Shown here in pieces: positions 57,170-64,000 of a stretch of 64,000 nt of DNA. This DNA is from Pseudomonadota bacterium. GTDB taxonomy: Bacteria; Pseudomonadota; Gammaproteobacteria; Xanthomonadales; Xanthomonadaceae. Position 1 is the first letter of the stretch; every line of letters starts with the position of its first letter. A program made the translations under genes and the position numbers. The DNA lies in assembly GCA_023419315.1 (NCBI GenBank), contig JAEZYE010000054.1:7705-71704 (forward strand), read 5' to 3'. A model generated the notes under the pieces. It searched no databases. It saw nothing but the letters and a program-made list of their open reading frames with translations, and had not been told where the DNA came from.

Positions 57170-58071
57170 GCCTTCGGCGCCCGCTGGCTGAAAGCCACGC
57201 TGCCGAGGATCAGCACGCCCGCCGCGAGCATCGCGGGCGTCACCGGTTCGCCCAGGAACGCCCATGCGAAGGCCGCGCCGAACAACGGCACCAGATACGT
57301 CACCGTCGCCGCGCGCGCCGGGCCGATGCGCTGGATCAAGCGGTAATACAGCAGGAACGCGTACCCCGTGCAGACCACGCCGATGGCGATCGCACTGCCC
57401 CAGGCCAGCGGGGGCACGGCCTGCGTCGGCCATTGCCAGATCGCGAACGGCGCCAGCAGCAGCGCCGCGCAAGTCAAGGTGGCCGCAGCGGCGGCAGCCG
57501 GAGGAATGCCGGCAAGATGGCGACGCACCAGGTTGACGCCGACGCCGTACAGCAGCGCGGCTGTCGAACCGGCAATCACCGCCATGCCGACGCTCAGCCC
57601 ACCGGCCTTGCTGGTCGCCAGCAGCACCACGCCGATGAATCCGATCAGCAATGCGATTGCGCGGCGTGCACCGATTTTTTCGCCGAAGAACAGGAAACCG
57701 ACCAGCGCGGCGAACAACACGGTCATCGCATTGCAGATCGCACCGATCGCGGCGGGCGAACGTTGCGCCGCCCATGCGAACAGCAGGAAGGGAATGGCCG
57801 AGTTGATCAGCCCGATGATCGCCAGCTTCGGCCACATGCCGCGCGTGATGTACGCGCGATCACGCCACAGGAATGGCAACAGGATCAGCGCACCGAGCAC
57901 CAGCCGGATGTCGACCAACGCGAACGCGCCGAATGGCTTGGCCGCGATGCGCATGAAGAGGAAAGAGCTGCCCCAGATGGCGCCGAGCAGCAGCAGTTCC
58001 GACGGCGTGCGCCAGTCACGCACGCGGGGCTCGCCGCACAGGGAATCCGCCAACACGCCGTCGCTCGCCAT
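57166..58071 (-). CDS. EamA/DMT family transporter
   Basis: LLGAIWGSSFLF, NSAIPF, VTYLVPLFG...LGE. Confidence 0.92.
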   Translation of the reverse strand: MASDGVLADSLCGEPRVRDWRTPSELLLLGAIWGSSFLFMRIAAKPFGAFALVDIRLVLGALILLPFLWRDRAYITRGMWPKLAIIGLINSAIPFLLFAWAAQRSPAAIGAICNAMTVLFAALVGFLFFGEKIGARRAIALLIGFIGVVLLATSKAGGLSVGMAVIAGSTAALLYGVGVNLVRRHLAGIPPAAAAAATLTCAALLLAPFAIWQWPTQAVPPLAWGSAIAIGVVCTGYAFLLYYRLIQRIGPARAATVTYLVPLFGAAFAWAFLGEPVTPAMLAAGVLILGSVAFSQRAPKA

Positions 58072-58171
58072 CGCCGTTCATCCGGTTTGAGTCTGCCGAT
58101 TCTGCCCGCGCCGAGCGTGGCGACAAGCGCATAGTATTCTGGCAAGCCACAAATCTGGTTGATGGCTCGCC

Positions 58172-59110
58172 ATGCACCTGCGCCCCGCCCTGCTGCCCGC
58201 CCTGGGCGTGTTCGCCGCCGCTGCACGCCACCAGAATTTCGCCCACGCCGCCGAGGAACTGCACCTCACCGCCAGCGCGGTCAGCCACCACATCCGCAAG
58301 CTGGAATCGCTGCTCGAAGTCAGCCTGTTCCAGCGGCACGCGCGCGGCGTCACGCTGACGGTCGAAGGGCGGCAACTGGCCGATGCCGCAAGCGTCGCCT
58401 TGGCCGATCTGGAAGGCGTGGCCGCCCACCTGCGCCGCAGCGAAGGCGTGAGCGTGCTGCGCGTGACCACGCTGCATTCGCTGGCCTATTGCTGGCTGGT
58501 GCCGCGGCTGTCGCGCTTCACCGCGCTGCACCCGGATATCCGCGTGCAACTGGATACCGGCATCGCGCTGACGCGTTTCGACGAAGGTGGACCGGACATG
58601 GGCATCCGCCACGGTCCCGGACAGTGGCCCGGGCTGACCGCGCATTACCTGATGGGCGACGAAATGTTCCCGGTGGCGTCTCCCGGATTGGCCGGCGCAA
58701 GCGAAGTCACCACGCCAAGCGAAATCGCGCGCCTGCCACTGGTGACCGATCTCGCCCTGCAAGGCTGGCGCGACTGGTTCCGCGCCGCCGGCGTACGCGG
58801 CCTGGGCCTGCCGGACATGCATACCTTCAGCGACAGCACCGATGCGATGCGCGCGGCCGTCTACGGGATTGGCGCCGCGCTGGCGCGCAAGGTCATCGCG
58901 CAACCGTATCTGCAGCGCTATGAACTGATCCGCCTGCCCGGACCGTCGATGAAGGCGCGCTTCTCGTACTACGCGGTGTACCCCACCCACAAGACGCCGC
59001 GACCGGAAGTCATGCGCTTCATCGACTGGTTGCGCAGCGAAGCGGAGGACGAACGCACCCCGTTGCCGCCTCTGCCGCGCGAGTTGCTCGACATCAAGCC
59101 GGATGGCTAA
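58172..59110 (+). CDS. LysR family regulator (GcvA-like)
   Basis: FAHAAEELHLTASAVSHHIRKLE HTH, WLVPRLSRF; divergent from the EamA gene. Confidence 0.94.
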   Translation: MHLRPALLPALGVFAAAARHQNFAHAAEELHLTASAVSHHIRKLESLLEVSLFQRHARGVTLTVEGRQLADAASVALADLEGVAAHLRRSEGVSVLRVTTLHSLAYCWLVPRLSRFTALHPDIRVQLDTGIALTRFDEGGPDMGIRHGPGQWPGLTAHYLMGDEMFPVASPGLAGASEVTTPSEIARLPLVTDLALQGWRDWFRAAGVRGLGLPDMHTFSDSTDAMRAAVYGIGAALARKVIAQPYLQRYELIRLPGPSMKARFSYYAVYPTHKTPRPEVMRFIDWLRSEAEDERTPLPPLPRELLDIKPDG

Positions 59111-60015
59111 GGCAGTCGCTTCAACGCCTCCGCAATGCCCGGCTTCAGCGCGAGCAAAGCCGCGTCGCCGGATTGATCCACGCTCCAGTACAGGCCGGTG
59201 AGCAGGGAATACGCATCGTGTCTCCGCGCCAGCCAAGCGGCATCGCGCCAGGCCTGCGAGGGTTCACCCACGCGCGCCGGCAATGCGGCGAACCATTCGC
59301 TCCACTGCGCCGGGGTCATCGCATTGCGTTGTGCAATCACCAGCAGCGGGCGCGCCAGTCGAGCGGATTCGCCGAATACGTAGGCATGCCCGGACGCCGG
59401 CACCGCCTGCGTGGCGATCGCCGGCAACATCGCCTGCAGATCAGTGGCCGGAACGCGTTCGTTCAACGCCAGTTGCAGCAGCCAGTCCGAACCGTGCGCG
59501 ACACCGTGACGCCAGCCTTCCTTCGCATCGAAGCCGCGATAGTCGCGGACGCCGGCAAGCCAATCGACGGCGCGCCGCACCATCGCGGCGCGTTCATCGT
59601 CACTCAACCAGGGACGAATCCGATCCGTGCGCGCCACTTCGGACAGCACCAGCGCAGCGAAGGGTGCGGCAAAACCGTTCGCGTCCGGGCGTGACAGTTC
59701 GACATACAGCCGTTGCAGCAACGCCCTTCGCGTGGTTTCGGTCAATTGATCCTTGCGCAGCCACGTGGACAACGCTTCGAACGCAACGCCATCGCGCAAT
59801 TCGGGATCCGGATCCGCAAGGCAGTCCACCAGTGCGATCGCCAGCGACTGGCGCGCGGCATCGGCGTCGGCCTCGGCCTTCGCAGCGGTATCGATCGCGA
59901 ACCCCTCTGCCTTGAGTCGCAGCAGCGCGGTCTTGTCCCACCCGTCCGGCGCACACGTGGCCAAGGCCAGGCCCGGCCAGCACAATGCAAGCAACAGCCC
60001 TGTACGGATGCTCAT
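59107..60015 (-). CDS. DUF2785-like secreted helical protein
   Basis: Signal peptide, DPELRD, DYRGFD..GWRHGVAHGSD. Confidence 0.75.
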   Translation of the reverse strand: MSIRTGLLLALCWPGLALATCAPDGWDKTALLRLKAEGFAIDTAAKAEADADAARQSLAIALVDCLADPDPELRDGVAFEALSTWLRKDQLTETTRRALLQRLYVELSRPDANGFAAPFAALVLSEVARTDRIRPWLSDDERAAMVRRAVDWLAGVRDYRGFDAKEGWRHGVAHGSDWLLQLALNERVPATDLQAMLPAIATQAVPASGHAYVFGESARLARPLLVIAQRNAMTPAQWSEWFAALPARVGEPSQAWRDAAWLARRHDAYSLLTGLYWSVDQSGDAALLALKPGIAEALKRLP

Positions 60016-60042
60016 CGTCCTGCCCTCCGCGCGTTGGCGCGA

Positions 60043-60396
60043 TCAGTAACTCGCGCCGTCCACCTGCACGATTTTCAATGCGGCCAGATCGATCGCAGGC
60101 ACGCAGCGCACGTTGATCGCCACCATCGGTCCGGCTTTCGGGTTGTCACCTTCACCGTACGGCGAGATGCCGCAATGCGTGCAGAAGTGGTGCTGGATGA
60201 CGTGCTTGTTGAAGGTGTACGTGCCGACATCCTGTTCTGACGTGGTGAGCCGGAACGCCTGCCGCGGCCCGAACCACAGCAATCCGCCGCGACGCCGGCA
60301 CATCGAGCAGTTGCAGTCGTACACCTCCTGGATGGCGTCCGCCGCCTCGACTTCGAACGCCACGCGTCCGCAATGACAGCTTCCTTCGTATTTCAT
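60043..60396 (-). CDS. GFA (glutathione-dependent formaldehyde-activating/CENP-V) family protein
   Basis: GSCHCG, CNCSMC, HHFCTHCG. Confidence 0.93.
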   Translation of the reverse strand: MKYEGSCHCGRVAFEVEAADAIQEVYDCNCSMCRRRGGLLWFGPRQAFRLTTSEQDVGTYTFNKHVIQHHFCTHCGISPYGEGDNPKAGPMVAINVRCVPAIDLAALKIVQVDGASY

Positions 60397-60509
60397 GGCG
60401 CTCTCCCGGGTTGAGTGCAGGCAAGCGTAATCCAATGGCAGATGCAACGACACGTGCAGCGCCGTATCCTCGTCGGCTTCTTTCCTTGTGCACCGCCGCG
60501 AGAATACCC

Positions 60510-62318
60510 ATGCGCCATCACCTGCTCGTCCTGGCCCTCGCCGCCAGCCTGTCCGCCTGCCAGGACGCTACGCCTCCCGCGGCCGCGCCGGGTACGCACA
60601 CCGGAGCACCGGCCGTCGATCAGGCCGCCGATGCCCAGTTCGCCGATTTGTCCAAGCGCGCGCTGGCGGGCTGGCTGGAACTCTCGCCGGTCAGTGCATC
60701 CCAGATCGGCGAGCATCGCTACGACGATCGCATCGATGATCTCGGCGCCGCCGGTCGCCAGAAGAGCATCGAGTTCAGCCGCAAGATGCTGGCCGAACTG
60801 GAAGCGCTCGACGTGGCCCGGCTCTCGCGGGAGAACCAGGTCGATGCGGCCATTCTGCGCAACCAGTTGCAGTACGACCTCTGGAACAACGATACGCTGC
60901 AATCCTGGGCGTGGGATCCGCAGATCTACAACGGCGTCGCCGGCGGCGCGCTCTACAACCTGATGGCGCGCGAGTTCGCGCCGCTGCCGGAACGCCTCAA
61001 GTCGGCGACCGCGCGCATGGAAAAAATCCCGCAACTGCTGGCGCAGGCGCGGGAAAACCTGGACCCCACGCGTGTTCCGCGCGTGCATGCGGAAACCGTC
61101 GCCAAGCAGAATGCGGGCATCCTCGACATCGTGGACACCTTCATCACACCGCATGCGAAGGATCTGTCCGAAGCCGAGCGGCAACGCCTGGCCACCGCCA
61201 CCGAAGCCCTGAAAAAGGCCGTCGCCGAACACCAGCAATGGCTCGACACGACGCTGGTGCCCAACGCGAAGGGCGACTTCCGCATTGGCGCGCAGCTGTA
61301 CGACCAGAAACTGAAGTTCGCGCTGGTCTCGTCGCTGTCGCGCGCGGACATCAAGCAGCGTGCCGAGAGCGAACTGCAGCGCGTGCGCGGCGAGATGTAC
61401 GGCATCGCCCGCCAGGTGCTGAAGGATCGCCCGGATGCGCCCGCGCTGCCGGAGCAGCCCGATGATGCGCAACAGCAGTTGGCGATCGAAGCGGCGCTGG
61501 AACTGGCCTACGCGGAGCGTCCGGCGCGTGACCGCGTGGTCGCCGACGCCGAAGCGGCGCTGAAGTCGGCGACCGATTTCGTTCGCGCCAAGGATCTGGT
61601 GACGCTGCCCGACGCGCCGGTCGACATCATCGAGATGCCGGAATTCCAGCGCGGCGTGGCGGTGGCCTATTGCGATTCGCCCGGGCCGCTCGACAAGCAT
61701 CTGAAGACGTTCTACGCAATCTCGCCGATTCCGGAAGCATGGACGCAGGCGCAGGTGGATTCATTCCTGCGCGAATACAACGGCCGGATGATCCATCTGC
61801 TGAGCATCCACGAAGGCACGCCGGGCCATTATCTGGAAGGCTGGCATTCCTCGAAGTTCCCCAGCACGCTGCGCGCCGTGCTGCGCTCGGGCCTGTTCGC
61901 CGAAGGCTGGGCGGTCTACACCGAGCGGATGATGGCCGACGCCGGTTACCTCGACAACGACCCGCTGTTCCGTCTCGTGCAACTGAAGTTCTACCTGCGC
62001 ACCATCGGCAACGCGATTCTCGATCAGGGCGTGCATGTGGACGGCTGGAGCCGCGAACAGGCGATGGACCTGATGGTGCGGCAGACCTTCCAGCAGGAGC
62101 GCGAGGCGGCCGGCAAGTGGACGCGCGCGCAATTGAGTTCCGCGCAGTTGCCCACCTACTTCGTCGGCGCGCAGGAGCATTTCGATCTGCGCAAGGCGAT
62201 GGAGGCCAAGCTTGGCGACACTTTCAACGCCAAGGCGTATCACGATCAGGTGCTGTCGTATGGCGCGCCGCCGGTGCGCTTCGTGCGCGAACTGATGCTG
62301 GACGAACCGATCCAGTAA
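60510..62318 (+). CDS. DUF885 family lipoprotein (putative metallopeptidase)
   Basis: Lipobox LSAC, HEGTPGHY, EGWAVYTE, AILDQGVH, QLPTYFVG. Confidence 0.9.
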   Translation: MRHHLLVLALAASLSACQDATPPAAAPGTHTGAPAVDQAADAQFADLSKRALAGWLELSPVSASQIGEHRYDDRIDDLGAAGRQKSIEFSRKMLAELEALDVARLSRENQVDAAILRNQLQYDLWNNDTLQSWAWDPQIYNGVAGGALYNLMAREFAPLPERLKSATARMEKIPQLLAQARENLDPTRVPRVHAETVAKQNAGILDIVDTFITPHAKDLSEAERQRLATATEALKKAVAEHQQWLDTTLVPNAKGDFRIGAQLYDQKLKFALVSSLSRADIKQRAESELQRVRGEMYGIARQVLKDRPDAPALPEQPDDAQQQLAIEAALELAYAERPARDRVVADAEAALKSATDFVRAKDLVTLPDAPVDIIEMPEFQRGVAVAYCDSPGPLDKHLKTFYAISPIPEAWTQAQVDSFLREYNGRMIHLLSIHEGTPGHYLEGWHSSKFPSTLRAVLRSGLFAEGWAVYTERMMADAGYLDNDPLFRLVQLKFYLRTIGNAILDQGVHVDGWSREQAMDLMVRQTFQQEREAAGKWTRAQLSSAQLPTYFVGAQEHFDLRKAMEAKLGDTFNAKAYHDQVLSYGAPPVRFVRELMLDEPIQ

Positions 62319-62325
62319 ACCCGGC

Positions 62326-62354
62326 CGGAACGGGGAACCCGGTTCCCCGTTCCG
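62326..62354. terminator. Near-perfect palindrome between convergent genes
   Basis: CGGAACGGGGAACC-C-GGTTCCCCGTTCCG, 14-bp arms. Confidence 0.6.
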
Positions 62355-62362
62355 CTCTGTTG

Positions 62363-63400
62363 TCAGAACTGGCGGCTGATGGTGAAGCTGCCGAACACCG
62401 GCCGCTCGCGCTGGCCGTCGAACTCGCGCGTGCGGTGGTAGCGCGCCAGCGCGAATTTCCAGCGACCGTACATCAACGCCATGCCGTAGCCGTATTCGCC
62501 GACGAAGCTGCGCTTGTCCACGCTGTGGCTGTCCTTGAACGTATTGCCGTCCAGGGTGATGTCGCGCAGCACCCAGCGCGCGTCGGTGGTCAGGAAGAAA
62601 TGAAAGCCGACCACGTGCGGCGGAATGCGGTTGCCGGTCGGCGCAGTGTTCTCGCCGGCCGGACGCAGCGGCGTGCTGCCGAAATCGTTGGGCAGATAGC
62701 GGCCGAAGCGATACTCCACGCCAGCGTTCGCATAGGTAGCGAGATTGCCGAGGCTTCCGCCCCAGTGCGCAATGGCGTCCCAGCTCCACACGCCCGGGTC
62801 GGTCTGCCCGGCACGTTGCATGCGCTCGTGCACCAGCCGGAACACCGGTTCGTCACGCAACTGGTTGTCCCAGCCTTCGAACTTCTCGCCATCGACCATG
62901 CGGTGCACTTCGCTCTGGACCTGCTTGCCGAGCGCGGACGGACCGACGATGCCGAACTGCAACTGCGTCGTGCGCAGGGTGTCACCGTTGCGCGCGTTGT
63001 AGCCCAGACTCATCAACAGCACACCGGCATACGGACGGTCGTCCTCGATGACATCGCTGCGGCTCGGATCCTGCGGCGTGAAGATCGCGTGCCCGAAGCC
63101 GACCACCATGTTCTGCTGTTCGAAGCCTTGCGGCGTCAGCGCCTCGAGGTGGCGGTTGATCCAGCGCGCCAGCCTCGGCAGGCACGGGTCACCGGTGTAG
63201 TCCTTCAGGTTGGGCGACACCAGCGTCAGCATCACGCCGTTGCTGTAGCCCTGGTCCTGGTTGCCGAACAGATCGTTGTCGACGCGGAAGTTGACGGTCG
63301 GCGGAAGGTCGGTGGGTTCATTGCAGTAATCGCGGGCGAAGGCATTGGCGCTGCACAGCACCAATGCGGCCGCCAGGAGCGAGCGTCCTGTCAATCGCAT
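62363..63400 (-). CDS. Lipid A deacylase LpxR family (DUF2219) outer-membrane protein
   Basis: Signal peptide, DNDLF...YSNG, IFTP, DRPYAG, GWDNQL, TREF, C-terminal Phe. Confidence 0.88.
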   Translation of the reverse strand: MRLTGRSLLAAALVLCSANAFARDYCNEPTDLPPTVNFRVDNDLFGNQDQGYSNGVMLTLVSPNLKDYTGDPCLPRLARWINRHLEALTPQGFEQQNMVVGFGHAIFTPQDPSRSDVIEDDRPYAGVLLMSLGYNARNGDTLRTTQLQFGIVGPSALGKQVQSEVHRMVDGEKFEGWDNQLRDEPVFRLVHERMQRAGQTDPGVWSWDAIAHWGGSLGNLATYANAGVEYRFGRYLPNDFGSTPLRPAGENTAPTGNRIPPHVVGFHFFLTTDARWVLRDITLDGNTFKDSHSVDKRSFVGEYGYGMALMYGRWKFALARYHRTREFDGQRERPVFGSFTISRQF

Positions 63401-63542
63401 GGCAAATCCGGGCGGTGGGGGGGGACGGACCCGACACTGCCGGCTCCGACGGCCGTCACGATATCTCAATGTGCGTGGATTCACAGTAGAAACGCCGGCA
63501 CGCACCATCCTGTCCTTCCCCGCTTGACCCCGGAGAGCCCGC

Positions 63543-63968
63543 ATGAGCCTGGCCGCCCCGACCACCGCCACCATCATCCCCTGCCTGCGCTACCGCAACG
63601 CGGCGGCGGCCATCGACTGGCTGTGCGAGGCCTTCGGCTTCGAACGCCAGGCCGTCCATGCCGAAGGCGATGTCGTCCACCATGCCCAGCTCACCTTCGG
63701 CAACGGGATGATCATGCTCGGCTCGGCCAGCGGCGGTGGCGAATGGGGCGAACACATCGTCCAGCCCGAGGATGTCGGCGGCCGCGAGACACAGGGCGCC
63801 TGCGTCATCGTCGCCAACGCCCATGCGCACTACACCCGCGCCAAGGCGGCCGGCGCGCGCATCGTCATCGAACTCTCCGACCAGGATTACGGCGGACGTG
63901 GATATGCATGCCAGGATCCGGAGGGCCATCTGTGGTGGTTCGGCAGCTATGATCCCTGGAAGCTCTGA
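63543..63968 (+). CDS. VOC/glyoxalase-bleomycin resistance family protein
   Basis: IIPCLRY...AIDWLCEAFGF, HAQL, DQDYGGR...DPEGHLW. Confidence 0.92.
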   Translation: MSLAAPTTATIIPCLRYRNAAAAIDWLCEAFGFERQAVHAEGDVVHHAQLTFGNGMIMLGSASGGGEWGEHIVQPEDVGGRETQGACVIVANAHAHYTRAKAAGARIVIELSDQDYGGRGYACQDPEGHLWWFGSYDPWKL

Positions 63969-64000
63969 CCCACGGCATCGACGCAATGGCTGATCTGTTT

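Overview
GC-rich Xanthomonadaceae (Lysobacteraceae) DNA, mostly housekeeping: purA-DUF2065-hflCK-hflX-hfq-miaA-folP-ftsH-rlmE-yhbY, nlpD-pcm-surE-truD-ispFD-ftsB-eno-kdsA-pyrG-parE, then peptidases, transporters, hutG, gor, slyD, two NlpC/P60 genes, an M16 peptidase pair, alkaline phosphatase, phaZ, DUF885 and an LpxR-family gene. The best candidate for a new system is a two-gene accessory cassette at 692-3410. It encodes a McrB-type AAA+ GTPase that lacks the usual N-terminal DNA-recognition domain but carries a ~125-aa domain inserted in its C-terminal lid, overlapping a LlaJI/McrC-like PD-(D/E)xK nuclease. No methyltransferase or separate specificity subunit lies nearby. A second notable signal is an abrupt codon-usage switch inside purA (~5860-5900). 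Left of it the DNA looks Stenotrophomonas-like (GTAG REP element, near-exclusive CTG/ACC codons), so the window may be a recombinant or an assembly chimera joined within purA. No tRNA, rRNA, CRISPR array, integrase or transposase was recognised. All family calls come from reading motifs by eye, with no database searches. Start codons were adjusted by hand where a better start or RBS was visible.
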